64,000 bases of DNA from Eledone cirrhosa (Eukaryota), in assembly GCA_964016885.1 (NCBI GenBank), contig OZ024741.1, forward strand, positions 272,800,001 through 272,864,000, read 5' to 3'. How positions within the stretch are numbered: the first letter of the stretch is position 1; every line of letters begins with the position of its first letter. Below, one piece after another: positions 10,803 to 22,008 of this stretch. Below the pieces are notes generated by a model. It did no database searches. It saw nothing but the letters and a program-made list of their open reading frames with translations, and had not been told where the DNA came from. The translations under genes were made by a program, and so were the position numbers.

Positions 10803-12320
10803 CCAGCCCACACTATAACGTGATCGTGTAGGTGCCACGATAAAAAGCACCCAGCCCACACTGTGAAGTGGTCGTGTGGGTGTCACAACAAAAAGCTCCC
10901 AGCCCACACTGTAAAGTGGTTGTGTGGGTGTCACGACAAAAAGCACCCAGCCCACACTGTGAAGTGGTTGTGTAGGTGCCACGATAAAAAGCACCCAGCC
11001 CACACTGTGAAGTGGTTGTGTAGGTGCCACGATAAAAAGCACCCAGCCCACACTGTGAAGTGGTTGTGTAGGTGCCACGATAAAAAGCACCCAGCCCACA
11101 CTGTGAAGTGGTTGTGTAGGTGCCACGATAAAAAGCACCCAGCCCACACTGTGAAGTGGTTGTGTAGGTACCACGATAAAAAGCACCCAGCCCACACTGT
11201 GAAGTGGTTGTGTAGGTGCCACGATAAAAAGCACCCAACCCACACTGTGAAGTGGTTGTGTAGGTGCCACGATAAAAAGCACCCAGCCCACACTGTGAAG
11301 TGGTCGTGTAGGTGCCACGATAAAAAGCACCCAGCCCACACTGTGAAGTGGTTGTGTAGGTACCATGATAAAAAGCACCCAGCCCACACTGTGAAGTGGT
11401 CGTGTGGGTGTCACAACAAAAAGCTCCCAGCCCACACTGTAAAGTGGTTGTGTGGGTGTCACGACAAAAAGCACCCAGCCCACACTGTGAAGTGGTTGTG
11501 TAGGTGCCACGATAAAAAGCACCCAGCCCACACTGTGAAGTGGTTGTGTAGGTGCCACGATAAAAAGCACCCAGCCCACACTGTGAAGTGGTTGTGTAGG
11601 TACCACGATAAAAAGCACCCAGCCCACACTGTGAAGTGGTTGTGTAGGTGCCACGATAAAAAGCACCCAACCCACACTGTGAAGTGGTTGTGTAGGTGCC
11701 ACGATAAAAAGCACCCAGCCCACACTGTGAAGTGGTCGTGTAGGTGCCACGATAAAAAGCACCCAGCCCACACTGTGAAGTGGTCGTGTAGGTGCCACGA
11801 TAAAAAGCACCCAGCCCACACTGTGAAGTGGTCGTGTGGGTGTCACAACAAAAAGCTCCCAGCCCACACTGTAAAGTGGTTGTGTGGGTGTCACGACAAA
11901 AAGCACCCAGCCCACACTGTGAAGTGGTTGTGTAGGTGCCACGATAAAAAGCAGCCAGCCCATACTGTGAAGTGGTCGTGTAGGTGCCACGATAAAAAGC
12001 ACCCAGCCCACACTGTGAAGTGGTTGTGTAGGTACCACGATAAAAAGCACCCAGCCCACACTGTGAAGTGGTCGTGTAGGTGCCACGATAAAAAGCACCC
12101 AGCCCACACTGTGAAGTGGTTGTGTAGGTACCATGATAAAAAGCACCCAGCCCACACTGTGAAGTGGTTGTGTAGGTACCATGATAAAAAGCACCCAGCC
12201 CACACTGTGAAGTGGTTGTGTAGGTACCACGATAAAAAGCACCCAGCCCACACTGTGAAGTGGTCGTGTAGGTGCCACGATAAAAAGCACCCAGCCCATA
12301 TTGTAAAGTGTTTGTGTAGG
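10803..12320 (+). repeat. 48-bp minisatellite (~31 copies) derived from the RTE 5'UTR/SINE-A body
   Basis: Unit CCCAGCCCACACTGTGAAGTGGTTGTGTAGGTGCCACGATAAAAAGCA, giving 16-aa periodic ORFs. Confidence 0.95.
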
Positions 12321-12379
12321 TGGAGTGGCTGTTCCAGCGCAATTCCCTCATTGTCATATTTGATTGATACCTGCCTAAC

Positions 12380-12830
12380 CATCACTGTAGACACAGCTGC
12401 ATCCAACAACATTTGCAGACTTGATCCTGTTGCTACCGATGGAATCAGAGCTGCCATGGAGAAGCTCAACAACCAGAAAGCCCCTGGAATCTGCACTATC
12501 ACCATGGAGATGTTGAAGGCAGGCAGAGATAACCTGATCCAGTGGCTCACCAACATCAACAACATCATCAACCATGTATGAGCACCTGAGCAGCTCCCAA
12601 ATGACTGGACCCAGGGTATCATCCCCCCCCCCCTTCTGGAAATGGAAGGGCAACAAACTCATCTTCAGCAACCACAAGGGCATCATTCTCCTCTCCATTG
12701 CAAGCAAGCTCTTCACTAAGGTCTTCCGAAGCCATGTTCTTCTTGCCATTAGAAGTTGACATCACACAAAAAGCCAGATCAATCTACCGCTGACCATATT
12801 TCTGCCTTCCAATGCATTCTCCATCATGTT
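12380..12830 (+). mobile_element. Degenerate LINE RT fragment (RTE-like)
   Basis: IRAAMEKLNNQKAPGICTITMEMLKAG and KGNKLIFSNHKGIILLSIASKLFTKV. Confidence 0.7.
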
Positions 12831-12955
12831 GTCTGGGACCCAGATGTGGAGGGTAAGTTAGTTGGTAGTGGAAGATACTCATTCAGCTGTCAATTTCTTA
12901 ATTATCAACGATATTAGATACCTCCCTTAGTCTGTTATGGATTACTAGCTCTATA

Positions 12956-13340
12956 TCATCATCATCATTTTACGTCCGCTTTTCCCTGCTTGCAAGGATG
13001 GGACGGGAACTGATTCTGGCTTGATTTCTACAGCTGGATTCCCTTCCTTACACCAACCTCATTTACAGTGAGTGCTGGGTGTTTTTTTTTCCGTGGCGCC
13101 TACACGTCCACTTTACAGTGTGGGCTGGGTGCTTTTTTGCCGTGGCACCTCCACGACCACTTTGCAGTGGAATGATAGGGACACCAGTCCCTATCATCTC
13201 ATTTCTACAGCTGAGTAAACTGGAGCAATGTGAAATAAAGTGTCTTGCTCAAGGAAACAACACATCACCCGGTCTGAGAATTGAACTCACAACCTTTCGA
13301 TTGCAAGGCCAATGCTCTAACCACTAATCCATGTGCCTCC
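12956..13340 (-). mobile_element. SINE family A, full-length copy
   Basis: Reverse-complement match to 49213-49551, including the (TGA)n tail. Confidence 0.85.
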
Positions 13341-13808
13341 ATCTATATGGATGTTTAAATTGAGTAAAGCACCCAGCACACACTGTAAATGTGGTTGGCA
13401 TTAGCAAGGGTATCCAGCTGTAGAAAGCAAGCCAAAATCAGTCCTGTGAGCGAAACACAGTCCTCTGGCCTGTCCTACCCATGCTAGCATGGAAAATGGA
13501 CGTTAAACGATAATGATGATGATAAAATAAATAAATACCCAGAAACAAAAATCGATAATAATTATATTGATCCCTATTCACCTAATGTTTTATTGACTGG
13601 TCTAACATTACATTAATTCCAATGCAAGGCACTTTGCCACAAATCTTTACAGAACTTACACCATTGGTAGCTGCATGCCATTATCAAATATATAGACAGG
13701 AAGAGGTTTCTACTTTCCATTTTTGTGATATTGCTTTCCCTCCTCTCTCTGTATATATTTGTATGCATGTATACATATATATATAGATGTATGCATATAT
13801 GTACATAT

Positions 13809-13860
<52 letters not shown>

Positions 13861-14099
13861 ACATATATATGTATATATGCATGCGTATATGTACATATAT
13901 ATACATCAATATATATATATATACACATATATATATGTGTTTGTGAGTGGTGTGTGTGTGATTGTATGCATGAATGAGTGTTGGTATGTGAGTCGCGTGT
14001 GTGTGGTTGTGGTTTGTATGCATGAGTGTTGGTGTGTGAGTGTTTGTGTGTGCGTCGTGTCAATAAGTTTTTTTTTTTTTAATGACCATGCTGTAAAAT

Positions 14100-17000
14100 G
14101 GAGGGTAGAGAGGGCCCTTGAGTCTAGTAAGACATCCTCTCTAGTGCTGGTGGCACAAATAAAAGCACCCAGTCCATGCTGTAAAGTGGCGCTGGTGTTA
14201 GGAAGGGCATCCAACCAGTGTATCAATGCCAAAACGCTTATCAGCACAGCAACAAATAGGAACAACAACAAAATATGAAGACGTCGCATCTCAGAGTTGC
14301 AACACTTAATGTTGGCACTCTCAGAGGTAGATCTGCTGAAATAGCGGAGATGCTGGCGAGAAAGCAGGTGGATGTGTGCTGCGTGCAAGAGGTGAGATGG
14401 AGGGGTGCCTCTGCGAGACTAGTCGTAGGCAAGCGTCTTAGCTATAAGCTATTCTGGTTAGGTGAGGATGATGGGCTGGGGGAGTAGGCATTTTCCTGGC
14501 TGAGAAATGGATCAATAAGACAATAGAGGTAGTTCGAGTTAGTAATCGAATAATTAAGCTTAGATTAGTTGTAGGTAGGAGACTACTGACAATCATCTCT
14601 GCCTATGCTCCCCAAGTAGGCCTAGGCAAAGATGAGAAAGACTGCTTTTATGAGCAACTTTTGCAAACAACCGCAATGACAGAGGACGGAGACATCGTTA
14701 TGCTAGCAGGAGATTTCAATGGCCATGCTGGACAGCTCCAGGATGGTTACACTGGGGTACATGGTGGGCACAGTTACGGTCAAGAAATGAAGGAGTGAGA
14801 CTTCTTGAATTTTGTGATGCGGGTACATTGACTATTTGCAACACAAACTTCCAGAAACCTGCCAATCACCTAATAACCTACAAATCTGGTGAGCACATAA
14901 GCCAGATTGACTTCCTACTAGTTAGGCAGCGGGACAGGCAGATAGTGTCTAATACCAAGGCATACCCTGGGGAAGAATGTACCCCACAGCATAGGTTAGT
15001 TGTTAGTGATATCTCAGTAAGCAAGAGATGGAATGAGACATATAGGAAGGTGTGGAGAAGAAAGGTCTGGAAGCTAAAAGACCTTTCACTAAAATACAAA
15101 TTTAGGAAAGCCCTTCAAGATGTATATGACGAAAAAGAAGACGATTTAGAGACGTATGACATGGATAATAACTGGAATTTCTTACGTGACAGCTTGCTGC
15201 AGGTTACCGATGAAACTTGTGGCTGGAGCAGAGCTCCAACCAGACAGAGAGTGACCTGGTGGTGGAACAGCACAGTAGATAAGGCTATTAGAGACAAAAG
15301 ACTAGCATGGAAGGCTTGGAAAAAGGGTGGGAGTAGGGAAGAATATACAGCCACTAAGAGGGAAGCTAGACGTCAGGTGTACTTAGCACGCAGGGAGGCA
15401 GAGAGTAGGAGGTTTGCCAATGTTCTGTGACGGGAAGATCAGAGGTGTGCGGTGTTCCACATTGTAAGGCAGTGTGTCAATGCAAATCAGGATGTTGTTG
15501 GAGATAAATGTGTCCGGGATGATGCCTGTGTACTTAGTGTCACGAATGATCAGAAAAAGGAGGCCTGGAAATGTCATTATGAGAGACTGATGAATGTGGA
15601 GAACGAATGGGAGAGAGAGAAATTACCCTCAGTAGATCCGACAGAGGGACCAGCTATTGAGATTGACGAATATAGGGTCCAAGAGGCGATTAGGGAGATG
15701 AAAAATGGTAAGGCTGCCGGACCATCGGGAATAGTTGCTGAGATGCTGAAGGCATCAGGGGACGTAGGCACTAAACTGGTTGCACGCATCATCAATCAGG
15801 CTATATATGGTGGTGTCATACCCAAAGACTGGTGCAGCAGTATTCTCATAAATTGCTACAAGGGTAAAGGGGATGCTTTGGAGAGGAGCAATTATAGGGG
15901 TATAAAACTGATAGATCAGGTTATGAAAGTGGCAGAAAAGATTTTAGCACAACTAATTAGAGAAAGGGTCAAACTAGATGAGATGCAGTTTGGTTTTGTG
16001 CCTGGGAAGAGTCCAACAGATGCCCTCTTCTTGGTGAGACAATTGCAAGAGAGGTTCTTAGAGAAGAATAAGCCACTATACTTAGCCTTTGTTGACCTAG
16101 AGAAGGCCTTTGATAGGGTACCCCGATCTGTCATCTGGTGGTCCCTAAGGAAGCTAGGTGTTGAGGAATGGCTTGTGAGGACAGTGCCAACTTTGTACAG
16201 AGGTACTCTCAGTAAAGTCAGAGTAGGAATGGAGTTTAGTGAGGAATTCAAGATACAAGTAGGAGTACATCAAGGTTTGGTCCTCAGCCCGCTCTTGTTC
16301 ATTATAGTCCTCCAAGCCATAACAGAGGAGTTTAAGACTGGCTGTCCATGGGAACTTCTCTATGCTGACGATCTGGTTCTTATAGCAGAATCAGTAGAGG
16401 AGCTAGAGAATAAATTCTGGCTATAGAAACGGCAGTTGGAAGCAAGAGGACTGAGAGTGAACCTAGCTAAGACAAAAGTGTTGATGAGTAGAAAAGAGGA
16501 CAAAACCCTGATTCCGTCAGGGAAATGGCCATATTCGATATGCAGAAAAGGAACTGGCATAAGTTCTATAAAATGCACACAATGCAGATCCTGGGTACAC
16601 AAGAGATGTAGCGGGATAGCTGGCAAACTAACAGGTAGCGAGAAATATCTATGCAGTAGATGTACAGGGAAATTAGACAGTAGAAGTCGCATTGATAGAC
16701 ACATTTTTCAAATGCAGGAGGGCGCTATAGAAGTGGTGGATAGTTTCCGGTACCTAGGAGATCAGATTAGCATGGGAGGAGGGTGTTCCGAGGCCATAGT
16801 ATCTAGAATAAGGACGGGTTGGAAGAAGTTTAGGGAGCTACTTCCTCTGTTGACGAAGAAGGGTTTCTCCCTGCGTACGAAAGGCCGGTTGTATGATGCC
16901 TGTGTGAGGAGCGCGATGCTGCATGGTAGTGAGACATGGGCAGCAACTGCAGAGGATATGTGACGGCTGGAGAGAAATGAGGCAAGCATGCTCCGTTGGA

Positions 17001-17375
17001 TGTGCAGTGTAAATGTGCGTGAATGACCCAGCATAAATGTGTTGAGAGAGAAACTGTGTCTGAGAGGGATAGAATGTAGTGTACGGGAGAGGAGACTGAG
17101 GTGGTATGGACATGTGATGCGCATGGAGGATGACCGATGGGTGAAGAAGTGCCAGGAATTGCCAGTTGAAGGAAGACGTGGTAGAGGTAGACCACGAAAA
17201 ACATGGGCGGAGGTGGTGAGAACAGACCTCAGATCATTGAAGCTCACGGTGGAGATGACGAGGGACCGTGACGAGTGGAGAGATGCTGTGCTGAATAAGA
17301 CCCATCCCACCCTTGCAAGCAGGGAAAAGCGGACGTAAAATGATGATGATGATGATGATAATGATGCTGATGATA
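14100..17375 (+). mobile_element. Near full-length RTE-clade LINE (APE endonuclease + RT + PHD-like Zn finger), with stops and frameshifts
   Basis: LRVATLNVGTL..CCVQEVRW; SQIDFLLVR; NYRGIKL; AFVDLEKAFDRVP; GVHQG..LSPLLF; LLYADD; CTQCRSWVHKRCSG..CSRC; RRLRWYGHVMRM; RGRGRPRKTW; (TGA)n tail. Confidence 0.95.
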
Positions 17376-17554
17376 TATATATCAAATTTAATATAGAAAT
17401 GGCTTCTGCAGGACTAAAACTGTTTCATTCGAAAGAAATCATCAGAAAAGTTCCTGGTGATTTCTTTATTAAATTTGTTGTTTGCATTCTATTAATGTAT
17501 TGAGTACCTTACTTACTTTTGTTACCCCCGATTGAACCAGGGACTCACCCACAC

Positions 17555-17619
<65 letters not shown>

Positions 17620-17649
17620 CAACACACATAAATATATACATAAATACAT

Positions 17650-17700
<51 letters not shown>

Positions 17701-18150
17701 CGTATATATACATATATATTTATTCTATTATATATATTTCAAGGGTACCAAAATTTTGGTACGCTATCATCAGATAAAATTCAAATATATATATATATAT
17801 ATATATGATGGCTGCAACTCAGTTTCAAGTAATGCCATCGCTTGATACTTAAGCATGAACATCACGGGTGTGGCTTTTCAATCCTGCTAGGGACTTGCCT
17901 ATGGCCAGCAATGCCATGCATTACAAAAAATGTCACATATCAAGCGATGCCTGTGCTTGAAGCTTTTTTTAAGTGAAGAAAGGCTTTGCATGGAGCCAAT
18001 CCCACTCTCTGAACATCAAATGCATTTTACCCAAAAAGAAGAACTGGTCTACATCATTGGATACAAATGAAGTCGCAGGTTTTATATCAGATAATTATAT
18101 ATATATATAATTACTACAACAATATGATACTCCCCAAGTATAACAATATA

Positions 18151-18550
18151 TCATTCATCATCATCATCATTTCATTTTACGTCCGCTTTTTCCCTGCTTG
18201 CAAGGGTGGGACGGGAACTGATTCTGGTTTGATTTCTACAGCTGGATGCCCTTCCTAACACCAACCTCATTTACAGTGAGTGCTGGGTGCTTTTTTTTTT
18301 TGCCGTGGCACCTACATGTCCACTTTACAGTGAGTGCTGGGTGCTTTTTTGCCGTGGCACCTCCACGACCACTTTGCAGTGGAATGATAGGGACCCTAGT
18401 CCTATCATCTCATTTCTACAGCTGAATAAACTGGAGCAATGTGAAATAAAGTGTCTTGCTCAAGGAAACAACACATCACCCGGTCTGAGAATTGAACTCA
18501 CAACATTTCGAGTGTAAGGCCAATGCTCTAACCACTAAGCCAGTGCCTCC
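18151..18550 (-). mobile_element. SINE family A copy
   Basis: Matches 12956-13340. Confidence 0.85.
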
Positions 18551-19057
18551 ATATTAAGTTGAATAATATATATATATATGCTGTATATATATGTATGTAT
18601 TTATGTATATATATATATATTTGACTACTGTGATTTACTGATTAATTGGTGAAATATATTTCTTACTTAAAGAAATATATACAAAGGAGATTAATCATTT
18701 TAAAAGGTATCTATATTTGAAGTTCTAGTTAAACTTTAATTAGGTACCTAGCAAGCTATGTGTGCTTACATTCTTTACAAATTATTCCCTGTGATTGTTC
18801 CATGTATTTATTATATATATATGTCAATCTATTTCTAGTTGATATGTAATGCTCGGATCTATTCATTGGAATCTTTGAGCTTATTCTACAGTGGATATGA
18901 CGCATATCTCTCAGACATGACAACCCTTAATTTAATTTTGGATATATATATATATAGACACATGACCGTGACCTCTGGCGTCATGCTGTAATACAGAGTA
19001 CCCGACCTCCCATGGGTACAAGCTGAAGCATATAGACAATATGCCCCCACACCCTCC

Positions 19058-19330
19058 CACTGCAAGATGGTCGTGGAGGTGCCACGGCAAAAAGCACCCA
19101 GCCCACACTGTAAAGTAGACGTGTAGGCGCCACGGAAAAAGCACCCAGCACTCACTGTAAATGAGGTTGGTGTTAGGAAGGGCATCCAGCTGTAGAAATC
19201 AGCCAAAATCAGTTCCTGTATGAGCTAGACAAGGTCAGCCGACCAGACACTGCCCACAACAGGACAACCCGTCTAACCCATGCTAGCATGGAAGAACGGA
19301 CGTAAAACGGTGATGATGATGATGATGATA
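19058..19330 (+). mobile_element. Family-A-related bipartite RTE derivative without a tRNA head
   Basis: GGTGCCACGGCAAAAAGCACC and GGTTGGTGTTAGGAAGGGCATCCAGC, ending GGACGTAAAACGG(TGA)n. Confidence 0.7.
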
Positions 19331-20279
19331 TTGGAGGAACAATAAATTGAGAGATCCTAGAGAGTTGTCATAATGAAGACTAGGAGTCTCTCACTCCACA
19401 TAAAAAAAGATCTTTATTGGATGGCCGATGACTCCCCAGAGTTCCGCCTCCCTTTGACAGATTTTGTTTTTCATCCTGCAGGGTGTCCAAAATCACCCTC
19501 CTCACCAAGCAAGCTTGATGGGGTTGCCAGTTTAGTCGCTGATGACTCGACCATGCACAGGCTGTACTGGGTTACATGTTAACAGTAGCTCTGAAGAGCA
19601 GCCTGACATTATATATATATATACATATATACTGGGTGCTTCTATTGTTAAGACCAGTAAGACCATTATTCAACTTAATACGCTACACTTAAGTAAAGCT
19701 GAGTGTAAATATCATAAGAGGCGTAGAAATGAGACCAACTGGGAGTTATATATATTATCCAACCATCTGCTCATAAAATCTATCAAGTGATTTTTTTTCC
19801 TTAGACAATCCAATCACATGTAGGTAGTACTGAATCTGTGGTCTCTCAATGCAGAATTAGAGAAAAGAATGTTTTTTAAAAGATATAATTTCTATTTTTC
19901 AAAAAAGGTCTGCAGCACCAGCATTGTCACAGCTTATGTGGTGGAATAGGAAAAAGAGTAAAAGTGACTGCAAAATGTTGGTTTGTAGTTTAGCCAAATG
20001 GTGTAGAAGATGTAACTCAATGGTGTAGAAAAACAAGTTAATTAAAAATCTTCAGTGTGGTGAGTCAAATAAATATGAGGATATAATGGCAAAAAGATTG
20101 TTGTTGGAAAGGACCAAAGATATTAATGATTAAGAGGGAGACATAGAAGGAAGTTGTAAAATAAAAATTTAGAAGTGTGCCAGCAGGAATTTAGTAGTTT
20201 GAATTGTTCATTTGATGCATATGAAACTTGGTATAAAACGAAAGGTTTCTTGGTTAGACATAGCTTAGAATCATCAACA

Positions 20280-20665
20280 TAATCATCACCATCACTATCA
20301 TTGTTTAATGTCATTTTTCCGTGCTTGAATGGGTTAGATGGTTTGTTGAATTATGAGTCAAATCAGGTCAGGAGACCACATCTTGCTCATATGGATCTAT
20401 ATTTTCACTTGGTTTATACAGCTGGATGGCCTTCCTAACACCAACCACATTACATCATGGACTGGGCGCTTTTCATTGTGGCACAAAAATGACCATCTAA
20501 CAGGGTGGGTTGGATGGTTTTTGTCATGTCACCAACACAACCACCTTACAGAGTGGACTGGGTGCTTTTTGTCGTATCATCCTCATCATCTTACAGGGTG
20601 GACTGGGGTTTATTTGTCATGTCACCAGTATGACCACCTTACAGGTTGGACTGGGTGTTTTTTTT
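20280..20665 (-). mobile_element. Degenerate RTE-derived element with several decayed copies of the ~48-bp unit
   Basis: GCTGGATGGCCTTCCTAACACCAACC followed by repeated ACCTTACAG.GTGGACTGGG. Confidence 0.6.
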
Positions 20666-21139
20666 TATAATAAAAGGTTCCATTTAATTTTAAATACAGC
20701 CAAGCTGGATTCTGTCAAGAACTAGATGTACTTGGACAAACTTGCCAAAAATTGTTACTCTCAATGTTTGAAAGAGTGTATATGATGGTAAAAACGTAAC
20801 TTGAATATGTTTTCCTTCAGTTGCATATGTTTAACTACAATGCTGTTATTTATACAATAAATCAGTGATTTCGAAAAAATTACTGTTAAGTAGATTTTTG
20901 TCGATGGTAATAAATGTTTCTCTGTGCTAAGTTCAAATTCCTTTGTGGTAAACTTTGCCTTTCATTTTTTTGGGGTCGATAAATAAAGTACCATTTATGG
21001 GGCTGTGGATTGGTACATTTATTAAAGAGGCATATATGTATTCTAAGTTCAAACCTTACCTCCTTCTGCCAGGAGTTGCAACCAGTGTGTGTGTGAGTGT
21101 GTGTGGGTGGGTGTGTGTATTTCTGAGTGTGTGTATGTA

Positions 21140-21186
<47 letters not shown>

Positions 21187-21726
21187 CAGTGTGTGTGTGT
21201 ATTTCTGAGTGTGTATGTATTTCTGTGTGTGTGTATTTCTGAGTGTGTTTGTGTGTTTCTAAGTATGTGTGTGTATTTCTGAGTGTGTGCATTTGTGTAG
21301 TTCTGAGTGTGTGCGTTTATTTTTGAGAGAGGGTGTATGTGTGTGTGCTTATATTTAAGTGTGCGTCTGTGTTTGTGTCTATCCTGTAACTTAGTGGTTC
21401 AACAAAGAGGTGATCGATAAAATACTTACAAGACTTGCTTAAAAAACCACTGGGATTGATCTGATCAACTTCGTTTTCTTCCTTTCTTCTTCTTCTTCTT
21501 CTTCTTCTTCTTCTCCCTCTATTCCCTCCTCCTCCACCCACCTCCTTCTCCATCCACCATCCTCCTCCACACCCCTCCTCCCCCTCCACCCTCCTCCTCC
21601 ACCCCCAAACCCCTCCTGTCAATCTTTATTAAATCACTTGACTTCACTTCTCAGTACATAATTGATTTAAGAGCTACAACTACTACAACAATAACAACTA
21701 TAATATCAACAACAACAACAACAACA

Positions 21727-21761
<35 letters not shown>

Positions 21762-22008
21762 TTTCTTTATTAACCACAAGGGTTTACACAAAGTAGACAT
21801 TAAGGACAGTACAGGACAATACAGGACGGTACAAAAAGGCATTTCTGTGTGTAAAAAAAACAAAAAAACAGAGGATGTAATAATAGAACAATGAAAAAAT
21901 TCTCCAATAAGGGGGAGACTTCCGAGGGACATTCGTGGAGAAAGCCCATTAAAAGCCACAGTGACCCTGACCACCAGCGCAAGTGCCCTCTCCCAGTTTT
22001 CTACCTTT

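Noticed and set aside
10716-12581. 16-aa periodic Cys/His ORFs resembling zinc-finger arrays, and a CRISPR-like periodicity
   Set aside because: This is a 48-bp minisatellite open on both strands, with no unique spacers and no cas genes.
18955-19060. Three small hairpins upstream of an RTE-derived element, as a possible HDV-like ribozyme
   Set aside because: I could not assign the nested double pseudoknot by eye; a covariance or descriptor search is needed.
19530-19610. CTGATGA and CTGAAGA motifs as possible hammerhead cores
   Set aside because: There is no downstream GAAA with compatible stems.
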